In this document: piece by piece, positions 54,611 to 64,000 of the stretch
Layout of the letters: each line of letters opens with the position of its first letter
How positions within the stretch are numbered: position 1 is the stretch's first letter
Position numbers and translations under genes: made by a program
Notes under the pieces: generated by a model
Seen by the model: the letters and a program-made list of their open reading frames with translations, nothing else
What the model was told of the DNA's origin: nothing
Databases searched by the model: none
Source: an uncultured Candidatus Saccharibacteria bacterium
Lineage (GTDB): Bacteria > Patescibacteriota > Saccharimonadia > Saccharimonadales > JAUPVS01
Direction of reading: 5' to 3'
DNA length: 64,000 nt
NCBI GenBank assembly: GCA_964410185.1
Contig: CAYPFM010000001.1
Span: 144,860 to 208,859 of the forward strand

Positions 54611-55633
54611 ATGAGATTAGACAATGTGTCGGTAATTATGCCCGCCTTTAACGCGGCACCATGGTTGCCTAAATCGATACCCCGCGTAGAGAAAGCACTT
54701 AAAAGAGCTGGTGTTAAGCACGCCGAGTTTATTGTTGTCGACGACGGGTCTTCTGATGACACGGCCAAGGTTGCCAAAGGGCTTAAGCTAGCTTATCCGG
54801 TTCGAGTTGTGTCACAACCGAATAGTGGTCGCTTTATGGCTCGCTATAATGGCGTTGAAGCAGCCAAGTACAAGTATATACTCTTCATCGATACACGTAT
54901 TTACATTGGTGAGGATTCATTAAAGTATGTCGGGAGCAAGATTGACCCAGCGAAAAAAAAGGTAGTCTGGACGAGTCATGTCATTATCGACCGCGCCGGC
55001 AATCCATATGCTCGTTTTTGGGAAGGTTTGACGTTTATTGCTTGGCGAAGGTATTTTGCCAACCCGAGAGAACTGTCATATGGGATCAAGGAGTTTGATT
55101 ATTATCCTAAAGGCACCACCTGCTTTTTTGTACCCAAGGACGTGATCCATGAAGCCAATGTTTGGTTCACGACCCAATCCAAAAATGCCAAAGCTGCCAA
55201 TGATGATACCTTGCTCATACGGAGGATTGCCGAAAACTACGATATTAATTTAAGCCCAGAATTCTATTGCACCTATCACGCTCGGACCAACCTTAAGCAG
55301 TATTGTAAGCATGTCTTTCATCGCGGAAAAGTGTTTGTCGATGGGTTTTTGCGCCGTGACGGAAACCGCTTCTTTTGGCCGCTGGTAACATTCTTAATCA
55401 TGTCACTGGCGATACCATTCGCACTGGCAGTATCCCCGCAGTACCTCGCTAAGTTCCTCATCGCTGCAATCGTTGTTTGGCTCTTGGAGTTAGCGGGTGC
55501 TTTGTTGGCAAAGGTTCCTTACAGAGACGCCTTGAGTTTATGGGTATTAAGTCCTTTATTCGCGATTGTATATGGGTTGGGTATTTGGAAAGCCGTCTTG
55601 GATATCTATGTTTTTGATCGAGGGGAGCATTAG
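54611..55633 (+). CDS. GT2-family glycosyltransferase with C-terminal TM helices
   Basis: VSVIMPAFNAAPWL, VVDDGSSDDT and FIDTRIY (DxD-like). I set the start at MRLDNVSV; the ORF track starts at 54554. Confidence 0.75.
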   Translation: MRLDNVSVIMPAFNAAPWLPKSIPRVEKALKRAGVKHAEFIVVDDGSSDDTAKVAKGLKLAYPVRVVSQPNSGRFMARYNGVEAAKYKYILFIDTRIYIGEDSLKYVGSKIDPAKKKVVWTSHVIIDRAGNPYARFWEGLTFIAWRRYFANPRELSYGIKEFDYYPKGTTCFFVPKDVIHEANVWFTTQSKNAKAANDDTLLIRRIAENYDINLSPEFYCTYHARTNLKQYCKHVFHRGKVFVDGFLRRDGNRFFWPLVTFLIMSLAIPFALAVSPQYLAKFLIAAIVVWLLELAGALLAKVPYRDALSLWVLSPLFAIVYGLGIWKAVLDIYVFDRGEH

Positions 55634-56883
55634 CGCTTACGCGACGAGAGTGAGTAAAGATTAATCAGCAGACTGTACACCAGCAACGCCAACAGTAGTG
55701 AGCCCCAAAGTAGAAGAATCATACCGGTGAGAGTGTGTGCAAAAACAGCAGGCAGCGTTACGGTGAACGCAAACACAAGGCCCGCTAAAACAACACTCCT
55801 TTTTTTGCGCTGAACAAGTAGGAAGAAAGCATACAAGGTAGTAGCAACTAGGGTTAATTGGTAAAGGGATGCAAAGATAAGCAAGCTGCCTTGAGAGGCA
55901 AAACTTGCACCGAGCAGGATTCGCGTTGCGTAGTTTTTGGCTAACACCTCGCCAAGTACCACGGCCACGGTTAACGCTCCAAGTAATTTGTATGCCGTGC
56001 CAAGCACTCGGCGATTTACCGTTGGATTATTGATCTGTATCTCAGGCATTATGATCCATATAATCAAGAAAGAGACATAGTAAAGAGCGTTGCTAAGTAC
56101 GCTGACACCGCTATAGACACCAGCCATACTAGGTTCAAATAAGGCTTTTGCAAGAGTTATGTCGTAGTTTTGCAAAAAGCTAAAAGTCCCGACGACTAGT
56201 ATGCAGCCAAGAATGTACCGCCTAAGACTTAGTAGGTATCGAATCTCCTCGGGTTCTGATTTCTGAAACACTGTCTTTATGCTAGGTAGTTTAACGCCGG
56301 GGTAAAGCAACAGAATCACAAGCCCAACAAAAATACCACCGAGCATTCCCAGAATCGCCCCCATTGTGCCTATGGCCAAGGCCAGGCCTATAGAAAGAAT
56401 AAGTTTAGCCAGGGATGATCCAGTGTTGTAAACCCCAATCCTGACCATCTCTTTATGTCCTTGCAAATAGCCCATCCATACCACTGCGGGGACGGCTGCT
56501 ACAAGAATTGCAGATAAAATAAGAAAGGAACTAACATTCTCAATGTGCAGTAGGTTATGAAGGTAGGGCGAGAGGGCTACTAAGAGAACGGTTATGATTA
56601 AAAATATCCAAATCAATACCTTTTGAATGACCTCGGCATGAGCTTTAGCTTTGGCTTCTCCCTGGCTTTTCACCAAGTATATCGAAATAAGGTTAAAGGC
56701 TAATAACAGCCCCAAAATCTGATTTGAGATGGCCATAATAGCAGCGAAATCACCAAAATTTGCAGTATCAAGAATCCGCACCAGGATCGGGTAAACGGCA
56801 TAGTTAAACATGGCACCAATCAACGATAGGATGACAAACAGGCTAGATCTGAAATAGAAGTTCTTGGCTTTAGGTATCTTCAC
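55630..56883 (-). CDS. Polysaccharide flippase (Wzx/MOP superfamily)
   Basis: 417 aa, about 12 TM helices, and the N-terminal pattern SLFVILSLIGAMFNYAVYPILVRIL typical of oligosaccharide flippases. Confidence 0.65.
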   Translation of the reverse strand: MKIPKAKNFYFRSSLFVILSLIGAMFNYAVYPILVRILDTANFGDFAAIMAISNQILGLLLAFNLISIYLVKSQGEAKAKAHAEVIQKVLIWIFLIITVLLVALSPYLHNLLHIENVSSFLILSAILVAAVPAVVWMGYLQGHKEMVRIGVYNTGSSLAKLILSIGLALAIGTMGAILGMLGGIFVGLVILLLYPGVKLPSIKTVFQKSEPEEIRYLLSLRRYILGCILVVGTFSFLQNYDITLAKALFEPSMAGVYSGVSVLSNALYYVSFLIIWIIMPEIQINNPTVNRRVLGTAYKLLGALTVAVVLGEVLAKNYATRILLGASFASQGSLLIFASLYQLTLVATTLYAFFLLVQRKKRSVVLAGLVFAFTVTLPAVFAHTLTGMILLLWGSLLLALLVYSLLINLYSLSSRKR

Positions 56884-56964
56884 TTCTTAGATAATAGTCT
56901 AGATTAATAATGCCACCAAGTTAAACCCGTTACATGTTGAAGTTGTTTTGGTATAGTTAAACGA

Positions 56965-57726
56965 ATGCCACAATCAATACGTCAATCATGGTCGGTCTTA
57001 TGGGCTTTGGGGCCGAAAGAGTTTGTTAATCGTTTGGGGGGCTACGCCAGCCTGAGGTTTAGAGGAGTTGAGGCATACCAAAAACCCTTAACAAAGTGTA
57101 TTGGTGGTTACGCAAAGGAATGCAAAACATTTATTGATATTGGGGCTGCTGAGGGCGATATTGTCCATGCAATGGCACCGTTATTCGATAGTGTTATAGC
57201 TGTCGAACCAGCTCCTCATCATCAGCAGGTTCTAAAAGAGAGAAAGTTGAAAGGCTTACTCGGCAGCGCGATTCTCCTGGATTGCGCTGTTGGTTACGAG
57301 AATGGTACTGCAAAGTTGGGTCTATCCGAAACAAACCCCGATGACAATTCATTGTTCTTACGAAAGGACCTAGACAAGTATGTAAAGGTTGAACAAAAGA
57401 CACTCGATACAATAATTGCCGAGCAGAAGGTTAAGCCACGGGTTGTAATTAAGATGGATGTGCAGGGCTTCGAGGGGTATATATTAAAAGGTGCAACAAA
57501 AACACTGAAGACAAAACCAGTGATCATAACTGAATTTTGGCCGTGGGGGTTAGTGCAAGCGGGGACCGACCCCCAAGCAATGCTAAATGACCTAAAGCAA
57601 TACGGGCTTAATGTCAAATCACTATCAGGCCACACCTATTCGGATAAAGCCCTGGCAAGAATTGTTCGGCTCGGCAGGGAAGACAAATACGTTGTGGCTG
57701 ACCTGTTACTAACAACTGAGAAGTAG
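56965..57726 (+). CDS. FkbM-family methyltransferase (second copy)
   Basis: FIDIGAAEGDIVHAM...AVEPAP...IKMDVQGFEGYIL matches FkbM motifs. Confidence 0.7.
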   Translation: MPQSIRQSWSVLWALGPKEFVNRLGGYASLRFRGVEAYQKPLTKCIGGYAKECKTFIDIGAAEGDIVHAMAPLFDSVIAVEPAPHHQQVLKERKLKGLLGSAILLDCAVGYENGTAKLGLSETNPDDNSLFLRKDLDKYVKVEQKTLDTIIAEQKVKPRVVIKMDVQGFEGYILKGATKTLKTKPVIITEFWPWGLVQAGTDPQAMLNDLKQYGLNVKSLSGHTYSDKALARIVRLGREDKYVVADLLLTTEK

Positions 57727-57732
57727 TAAAGT

Positions 57733-58872
57733 ATGAAAATCTCAGAATCTACATTTACGATTGAAGCCAATGGCTTTGCCGATGGCCCAGCCCAGCCATT
57801 TCGTGATTACCTACTTGAGCACGGTGCCAAAAAGGTCATCTTCATTAATCATCCTCTTGTTGCCGAGAGTGGCCATAAGCATATTGTCACCACCTACCAA
57901 AACAAGAAAACTTCCCAAAAGACATACCGCTTGCCCAACAAGCCGCCGTACACCTTTGTGCTTGATCCGTTTGTACCGCTTAAATCACAACCAACAACTG
58001 CCTGGTTTGGTTTTAATAATTTGGCAGCTTACAAAGGCTTAAAGCTCAAAAAGGCCGGTAAAGTCGAAAAGGTGTATTACTGGGCCGTTGATTTTGTGCC
58101 AAACCGCTTTGGTGGAAGCCCACTCACTAAGCTTTACAATGCTATCGATAAAAAAGTATGTCTTGAAGCAGACGGACGAATTGAGTTATCGGAGGCAGCT
58201 CGGGATGGTCGCACAAAATATCTTGGGCTTGATGCGGTGGCAATGGCCTCCACCGAACTTATCCCAATGGGAACTTGGCTTGACCGTGCAGACAAAACGA
58301 CGCTGCGGTCGGGGCAGAAGAAAAAGGTCGTATTTATGGGGCATTTAGTTGAGCGGCAAGGGGTTGGTACGCTCCTGAAGGCCATGAAGATTCTGGTTGC
58401 GAAGGATAAGACGGTAACCGCAGATATTATTGGTGGCGGGCCTTTGCTAGACTCGCTCAAGCAGCAATCCAAACAACTTGGCCTCGAAAAGTACGTTACT
58501 TTTCATGGTTTTGTTAAGTCATACGATGACGTTGAGTCGCTGCTGGCTGGTGGCTCAGTTGCGCTAGCGCCCTACCAAAAAGACCCTGATAACTTCACGC
58601 AATTTGCCGATCCAGGCAAATTAAAAGCCTACCTCGGCGCGGGACTACCAATAATTTTAACTGAAGTACCGCCTAACGCTCGGCAGTTGGCTAAACAAGG
58701 CGCTGCGATCATTGTCGAAGATGACGAACAAACAATAGCAACGGCCATTAGCTCACTGTTCGCTGATAATAAAAAATGGCTTGCTATGCGACGTGCTGTA
58801 TTAAAAGCTGCGGCAGAATTTGACTGGAACGTGATTTTTTCGAAAGCTTTGAAAAATCTAGGGTTTGAATAG
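57733..58872 (+). CDS. Glycosyltransferase, GT4 family
   Basis: C-terminal half has VVFMGHLVERQGVGTLL...GFVKSYDDVESLL...ALAPY; a GT-B fold is likely. Confidence 0.7.
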   Translation: MKISESTFTIEANGFADGPAQPFRDYLLEHGAKKVIFINHPLVAESGHKHIVTTYQNKKTSQKTYRLPNKPPYTFVLDPFVPLKSQPTTAWFGFNNLAAYKGLKLKKAGKVEKVYYWAVDFVPNRFGGSPLTKLYNAIDKKVCLEADGRIELSEAARDGRTKYLGLDAVAMASTELIPMGTWLDRADKTTLRSGQKKKVVFMGHLVERQGVGTLLKAMKILVAKDKTVTADIIGGGPLLDSLKQQSKQLGLEKYVTFHGFVKSYDDVESLLAGGSVALAPYQKDPDNFTQFADPGKLKAYLGAGLPIILTEVPPNARQLAKQGAAIIVEDDEQTIATAISSLFADNKKWLAMRRAVLKAAAEFDWNVIFSKALKNLGFE

Positions 58873-59556
58873 GATAAAATTGTAGTTTCGTAAAGGGCTA
58901 AGCAGAGTAATCTTATTGAATACAGTGTCGTTGGCTTTGCCGATGCCCTGCAGTGAATCCGGCCAAACATGTGCTTCCGTAGTGTGTAGAGTCGCAGGTT
59001 TGCCGACGATACTTTTGAGTTTCTTGCGACTAAAATGTTCGTGCTTGGCAATCTTAACCATTCTAATATAGGAGATTGGGTTGTATCGGTTAGCTTCGAT
59101 GACGATTACTTGTTTTTTGGCAATTTTGGCGATTTGGGCGAGGGTTTCCTCTGGATTATCGAGGTGGTGTAGAACGTCTTTTAGCATAACGACGTCAAAA
59201 GATTTCTCCTTATAGGGCAATTCATAGATAGAGGCATCATTAAAGGACAGGTTTTTCGGGGTTTTTATACTCCACTGTTCATGAACTTCCAGATCAACAC
59301 CGGTAATTTTTTTCTTGGGTGATATTTCGGCCAAAATTCGGTCGATTGAGCCGTCACCACAACCCAGATCAAGAATGGTATTTCCTGCTGCATGTTCGTC
59401 GATGAATTTAGCAAAAACTTCCAGATGGTCCCGAATTGGCTTGGGTGGGGGCCAGCCCTCATAACCGGTTAAGTGCGAGCGACCAATAACAACATCGTAG
59501 TCTTTATCGGAAACGTCTTTTGGCTTAGGATGCGAGCGTTTTTTTTCTGTTGTCAT
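58858..59556 (-). CDS. Class I SAM-dependent methyltransferase
   Basis: Motif I ILDLGCGDGSI plus post-I/II motifs. I set the start at MTTEKK (59556) to avoid overlapping fcl. Confidence 0.75.
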   Translation of the reverse strand: MTTEKKRSHPKPKDVSDKDYDVVIGRSHLTGYEGWPPPKPIRDHLEVFAKFIDEHAAGNTILDLGCGDGSIDRILAEISPKKKITGVDLEVHEQWSIKTPKNLSFNDASIYELPYKEKSFDVVMLKDVLHHLDNPEETLAQIAKIAKKQVIVIEANRYNPISYIRMVKIAKHEHFSRKKLKSIVGKPATLHTTEAHVWPDSLQGIGKANDTVFNKITLLSPLRNYNFILFKP

Positions 59557-59563
59557 GAATTGC

Positions 59564-60499
59564 CTATTTCCCCTTTTCTGTGTACCACTTGATAGTTTTT
59601 TGAAGACCTTCTGTGAAGGTTGTTGTCGATTCGAAGCCAAACTCGTTTTTAGCACGACTAACATCTAGTTTACGACGTGGCTGCCCGTTTGGTTTAGTTG
59701 TATCCCATTTGATAGCACCAGTAAAGCCGGTCTCTTTAACGATAATTTCAACCAGGTCTTTGATAGTAATTTCAAACGACGAACCAAGGTTGACAGGGTC
59801 GCTTTTATTGTACTTTTCGGCTGCCAACAAGATGCCTTCAGCGGCATCAGCGGCATACAAGAACTCTCTCGATGCCGATCCATCGCCCCACACCTCGATA
59901 CTTTCCAAACCTTTTTCTTTGGCATCGACGCACTTCTTGATAAGAGCTGGAATAACGTGAGAATCGTGGGGGTCAAAGTTATCGTGGGGCCCATAAAGAT
60001 TAACAGGCAGCAAAAAAATAGAATTAAAATTATATTCCTGTCGGTAGGCTTCTGATTGCACTAGCATCATCTTCTTGGCTAAACCGTAAGGTGCATTTGT
60101 CTCCTCGGGGTAGCCATTCCATAGATCATTCTCACTAAAAGGGACTGGGGTTAGTTTGGGATAGGCGCAGACAGTACCAAGCGCCACAAATTTTGGAATT
60201 TCTGCCAGCCGAGCGTATTCCATAAGCTGAACGCCCATCATGAGATTGTCGTAGAAAAAACTTCCAGGATGTTTTTGGTTAGCGCCGATGCCACCAACTT
60301 TTGCTGCAAGGTGTATAACCATGTCGGCGGGGTAGTCGCTATACATCTTTTTTATCGCCTCCCCATCAACAAGATCGTAGTCTTTATGACTCGGTGCGAT
60401 GACCGTAGCACCACGCTTGTTTAGGGCATCGATAACGTAGGAGCCTAAAAACCCACTTCCACCAGTAACTAGCACAGTCTGTTTGCTCCAAAAACTCAT
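59564..60499 (-). CDS. fcl: GDP-L-fucose synthase (GDP-4-keto-6-deoxy-D-mannose 3,5-epimerase/4-reductase)
   Basis: [21 protein letters not shown] (YxxxK), [26 protein letters not shown]. Start at ATG 60499 after GAGGG. Confidence 0.85.
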   Translation of the reverse strand: MSFWSKQTVLVTGGSGFLGSYVIDALNKRGATVIAPSHKDYDLVDGEAIKKMYSDYPADMVIHLAAKVGGIGANQKHPGSFFYDNLMMGVQLMEYARLAEIPKFVALGTVCAYPKLTPVPFSENDLWNGYPEETNAPYGLAKKMMLVQSEAYRQEYNFNSIFLLPVNLYGPHDNFDPHDSHVIPALIKKCVDAKEKGLESIEVWGDGSASREFLYAADAAEGILLAAEKYNKSDPVNLGSSFEITIKDLVEIIVKETGFTGAIKWDTTKPNGQPRRKLDVSRAKNEFGFESTTTFTEGLQKTIKWYTEKGK

Positions 60500-60601
60500 A
60501 GTACCCTCATTTACTCTATCTACCATAACAAACCGTTTCGTAATTGTTAAGGGGACTCCAACAATGGGTCTCGAGATTATGAGATATGTTAGTATAAACG
60601 A

Positions 60602-61642
60602 ATGATTGTCGTAATTATCGCAGGCGGATCGGGGACGAGATTATGGCCGCTATCAACACCGGATTATCCAAAACATCTCTTGTCTTTGACGGGCGCTAAA
60701 TCGCTCCTAAGTTACACCTACGACCGTGCCAAAACAGTTAGTAAAAATGTCTATATCGTGACGGATGCTAGCCATGCGAAGCACGTCAAGGAACAGCTCC
60801 CCGAGCTGAGCGAAGATGCATTTATTATTGAGCCGGGTCGCCGAGGGACTGCTAGTTGTATTGTTGCAGCCTTAGATCGTATCAGCCGAAACCACGATGA
60901 CGATGAGCCGATTGCGTTTGCAGCCGCAGATCATTACGTGCGTGACACCAGAGGCTTCACGCACTCATTCAAAATTGCCGGCGAAGCATCCGCTAAAGCC
61001 AAGCGTATTGTGCTGGTTGGTGTTGAGCCCGATTACCCAGCAACGGGTTTTGGGTACATTCAAAAAGATGGAGTTTTTGATGAAAAAAGTTTTATTTTCA
61101 ACGTCGACTCTTTCAAAGAAAAACCAGACTACGATACGGCATGCGGCTACTTGGCTAGCGGGAATTACCTCTGGAACTGTGGCTACTTTGTTGGGTCTGT
61201 CGCAACCTTTGTGGAGAGCATGAAAACTGCCGCGCCAAATTTGTTTGAGAATTTCCAAAAACTTCAGGCCACCAAAAACCCCAAAGAATTTAATGAAGAA
61301 TACCTTGGCTTTGAAAATATCTCAATCGACTACGCCTTAATAGAAAAACTCAATAATCTCCTCGTCTTACCAGCCAGTTTCGACTGGATGGACCTGGGTT
61401 CCTATGGAGACTTGCACAAGGCAGTTGAGAGTGACCGGAAAGGCAATCATGTGGCTGGCGGTCAAGTTGAACTCGAAGACGTTAACAATTCTTATGTGCG
61501 CAACGACGAAGATCGTCCGCTGGCAGTTATTGGCCTCGACAACGTAGCCGTCATTAATACCCCGAATGGGATCTTGGTGACTCGCAAAGACCTGGCCCAA
61601 AAAGTTGGCGATGTCAGCAAACGTTTTAAAAAGGAGAAGTAA
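60602..61642 (+). CDS. manC: Mannose-1-phosphate guanylyltransferase
   Basis: [18 protein letters not shown] signature; 346 aa, with no isomerase domain. Confidence 0.85.
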   Translation: MIVVIIAGGSGTRLWPLSTPDYPKHLLSLTGAKSLLSYTYDRAKTVSKNVYIVTDASHAKHVKEQLPELSEDAFIIEPGRRGTASCIVAALDRISRNHDDDEPIAFAAADHYVRDTRGFTHSFKIAGEASAKAKRIVLVGVEPDYPATGFGYIQKDGVFDEKSFIFNVDSFKEKPDYDTACGYLASGNYLWNCGYFVGSVATFVESMKTAAPNLFENFQKLQATKNPKEFNEEYLGFENISIDYALIEKLNNLLVLPASFDWMDLGSYGDLHKAVESDRKGNHVAGGQVELEDVNNSYVRNDEDRPLAVIGLDNVAVINTPNGILVTRKDLAQKVGDVSKRFKKEK

Positions 61643-62421
61643 TGAAAAAAGTTATCGCCTTTGACCTTGATGGCACGCTGGCTGCTAGTAAATCACCATT
61701 AGCCGACCGTATGTCGGAAGCCCTAAACCGCCTACTTGATAACTTTCAAGTATGCGTTATCTCTGGCGGCAAGTTTGAACAGTTTCAAAAACAGCTACTA
61801 TCTAATCTCAAGGCAAGCCCCGACAAGCTTGAAAAACTACATTTAATGCCGACTTGCGGTACTCGATATTACAGCTATAACTTGGCCAAAAAAGACTGGG
61901 ACCAAGTTTACGCCGAAGACTTTACGAAGGCCGAAAAAGACAAAATTATTGATGCCTTGAACAAGGGGTTTGATGACCTCAATATGCGAGAGAAAGAGGT
62001 ATACGGCGACACGGTCGAGGACCGGGGTAGCCAGGTGACGTTTTCAGTTTTGGGACAGGATATTGTTGATGTACTGGGCATGGAAGGGGTTGAACGCAAG
62101 GAAGCATGGGATCCCGACAATGCCAAGAAAAACAAATTGCGCGACTACATCGCCCCACTTATCCCTGAGTTTGAAGTTCGTGTTGGCGGCGTCACTTCGA
62201 TCGATGTTACCAAGCTTGGTATTGATAAAGGCTATGGTATGCAAAAACTGATGGAGCTGCTGGAAGTTTCTAAGGACGACATGCTCTTCTTTGGTGATCG
62301 CCTGGCAGAGGGTGGCAACGACTATCCAGTCAAAGCCATGGGGATTGATTCACTCGAGGTTTCCAGCTGGCAGGACACCGCCCTGGCCCTCGAAGCCATT
62401 CTGGCAGTTGTTGAGGACTAA
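61642..62421 (+). CDS. HAD-IIB family phosphatase/mutase, eukaryotic-type phosphomannomutase-like
   Basis: Motif I AFDLDGTL, VISGGKFEQFQKQ and FFGDRLAEGGNDYPV resemble PMM (PF03332-like). It shares one base (61642) with the manC stop. Confidence 0.6.
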   Translation: MKKVIAFDLDGTLAASKSPLADRMSEALNRLLDNFQVCVISGGKFEQFQKQLLSNLKASPDKLEKLHLMPTCGTRYYSYNLAKKDWDQVYAEDFTKAEKDKIIDALNKGFDDLNMREKEVYGDTVEDRGSQVTFSVLGQDIVDVLGMEGVERKEAWDPDNAKKNKLRDYIAPLIPEFEVRVGGVTSIDVTKLGIDKGYGMQKLMELLEVSKDDMLFFGDRLAEGGNDYPVKAMGIDSLEVSSWQDTALALEAILAVVED

Positions 62422-62424
62422 AAC

Positions 62425-62808
62425 ATGGTATGGCGGCAATTCATCCGCTACGCCGTAAGTGGCCTCGTGGCATTTGGCGTCGAATATGGTAGTTTCTATC
62501 TGCTATTTGTTGTTGGCGGCATGTACTTGTTGGCGGCCAATGCGCTGAGTTTTTGTTGCGGGCTTATCACTGCCTTCATGTTGAATCGTCTTTGGGCATT
62601 TAGTGCGCATGAATATAACAAAAAGGCCAGCCACCAGTTTGGTTTTTACGCCACATTGGCTTTGGTCAACTTATTTCTAACCTTGGCAATTGTTGCCGGG
62701 CTCAAGTGGTTGGGCATCAAGCCAACTGTTGGCAAGCTGATTGCTATGGTTATTACCTCGAGCTGGAATTTTCTGCTACTTAAGTTTTGGATCTTTGCTC
62801 ACGCCTGA
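62425..62808 (+). CDS. GtrA-family membrane protein
   Basis: 127 aa, 4 TM, with the N-terminus QFIRYAVSGLVAFGVEYGSFYLL typical of GtrA. Confidence 0.8.
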   Translation: MVWRQFIRYAVSGLVAFGVEYGSFYLLFVVGGMYLLAANALSFCCGLITAFMLNRLWAFSAHEYNKKASHQFGFYATLALVNLFLTLAIVAGLKWLGIKPTVGKLIAMVITSSWNFLLLKFWIFAHA

Positions 62809-62848
62809 GCGGAACCTGCTATATTGGTGACATAATCAAGGAGGATCT

Positions 62849-63901
62849 ATGGCCAAGCTACTAACCTTACCCGGACTCATTGATCCTCATGTGCACCTGC
62901 GCGACCCTGGCCAGACTCACAAAGAAGACTTTTTGACGGGCACCAGCGCGGCCCTGGCTGGTGGCTACACCACCGTGTTTGATATGCCCAACAACGCTGA
63001 ACCCATCACCACCGCAGAACGGCTTGATGCCAAGATTGCCAGTGCTCGTAAACAAGTTGTTAGTGATATTGGCTTTCATTTTGGCACGCTCGGCGACAAC
63101 TTTGATGAGTTCAGCAAAGTCGTCGATAAGGTGAGTGGGCTCAAAATCTATATGAACGTTACCACCGGTGGCTTTATTATTGATGCCGACCGTTTGATTG
63201 AAATTTACAAAGCTTGGCCCGGCCACAAGCCGATACTTCTGCACGCCGAAGATGATGTTTCAGAAATCGTCATGCGCACCCTGGCAGCCGTGCCCAAGCA
63301 GACCCACATCTGTCACGTCTCCAGCCAAGCCGAGTTGGAGTTCGTGATGCGCGCCAAAGAGGCTGGCCTGCCAATCACTTGTGGCGTTACCCCACACCAC
63401 CTGTTCTTGACCAACAAAGATGCTGACCAGCTTGGTCCCTACGGCCACATGAAGCCCTTTTTAAAGCCGGCCAAGGATCAAAAGTTCCTCTGGGACCACC
63501 TGGACGCCATCGACATTATTGAGTCCGACCACGCCCCACATACAAAGGCCGAAAAGGACAGTGATACACCGCCATTTGGCGTCCCCGGGCTAGAGACAAT
63601 GTTGCCATTGATGCTAACGGCAGCCGAAGAAGGGAAGCTAACGCACGCCCAGGTTATCGAGAAGCTCCATGCCAACCCCGCGCACATCTTTAACGTTACT
63701 CATGACGACACGACTATGGTTGAGGTTGCCATGGAAGAATACGTCATTGATAACGACGATTTGCTCACCAAGGCCGGTTGGAGCCCCTTCGCCGGGCGTC
63801 ATGTTGTTGGCAAGGTTAAAACAGTGCACTTGCATGGAGCCAAGGTTTTCGAAAACGGTCAGGTGCTGGCTCAGCCTGGCAGCGGCCAGATTATAAACTA
63901 G
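62849..63901 (+). CDS. pyrC: Dihydroorotase-like amidohydrolase (short form, 350 aa)
   Basis: LPGLIDPHVHLRDPG...KEDF..GTSAALAGGYTTVFDMPN, LLHAED and SDHAPH motifs. It lacks the usual N-terminal beta-sandwich segment. Confidence 0.8.
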   Translation: MAKLLTLPGLIDPHVHLRDPGQTHKEDFLTGTSAALAGGYTTVFDMPNNAEPITTAERLDAKIASARKQVVSDIGFHFGTLGDNFDEFSKVVDKVSGLKIYMNVTTGGFIIDADRLIEIYKAWPGHKPILLHAEDDVSEIVMRTLAAVPKQTHICHVSSQAELEFVMRAKEAGLPITCGVTPHHLFLTNKDADQLGPYGHMKPFLKPAKDQKFLWDHLDAIDIIESDHAPHTKAEKDSDTPPFGVPGLETMLPLMLTAAEEGKLTHAQVIEKLHANPAHIFNVTHDDTTMVEVAMEEYVIDNDDLLTKAGWSPFAGRHVVGKVKTVHLHGAKVFENGQVLAQPGSGQIIN

Positions 63902-64000
63902 CTTTGACTTCAGCCGCCAGGCCAGGATTCCACATCGCTGCGGTTGCTGATTGCACGGCATCAGCGCCAGCAGCACGGTATTCGGCAAAGTCGCCAGCCG
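63891..64000 (-). CDS. C-terminal fragment of a TIM-barrel flavoenzyme, dihydroorotate dehydrogenase-like; the gene starts beyond the window end
   Basis: The minus frame reads ...AGDFAEYRAAGADAVQSATAAMWNPGLAAEVKASL*, resembling a PyrD C-terminus (aGA..vQ..ta....p). It overlaps the pyrC 3' end by 11 nt. Confidence 0.4.
   Translation of the reverse strand, partial: AGDFAEYRAAGADAVQSATAAMWNPGLAAEVKASL

Noticed and set aside
63638-63988. The 116-aa minus ORF antisense to the pyrC 3' end.
   Set aside because: It is mostly antisense to a strongly supported CDS. A different minus frame (63891..64000) gives a PyrD-like C-terminus and a proper stop.

Overview
The window is a 64-kb, gene-dense bacterial chromosome segment in the standard genetic code (TGA acts as a stop, for example at 29142..29144). 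It spans the replication-origin neighbourhood: recF-dnaN-dnaA on the minus strand, diverging from rpmH-rnpA-yidC-jag on the plus strand, with DnaA boxes on both sides of dnaA. The gene content looks like a reduced-genome Patescibacteria/CPR (Saccharibacteria-like) organism; this is an inference and cannot be verified here. That content includes small translationally coupled genes, a tandem family of T4SS-pilin-like proteins, a PrgI/VirB4/VirB6 set, and many surface-glycan genes. There are three blocks. (1) 1..14.6 kb holds housekeeping genes (groES/groEL, murE, tsaD, valS, HIT, Hsp20, ComFC), four tRNAs (Ser-CGA, Arg-GCG, Ser-GCT, Ser-TGA) and an unusual tRNA-linked repeat. (2) 14.7..32.8 kb is a type IV secretion-like locus in two divergent operons. 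It has six tandem pilin-like paralogs, VirB6-like, PrgI-like and two-part VirB4 genes, two large multidomain cell-wall hydrolases and several unknown membrane-anchored proteins. No relaxase, coupling protein or integrase is visible. This is the best candidate for a poorly described system. (3) 39..62.8 kb is a large surface-glycan locus. It encodes a GDP-mannose/GDP-deoxyhexose pathway, seven glycosyltransferases, three methyltransferases, an ABC exporter plus a Wzx flippase, a GtrA/GtrB/GT-C-like trio and an embedded secreted protein with two bulb-type lectin domains. pyrC and a pyrD-like fragment follow. All calls come from reading the ORF translations and the sequence by eye; no database search was run.
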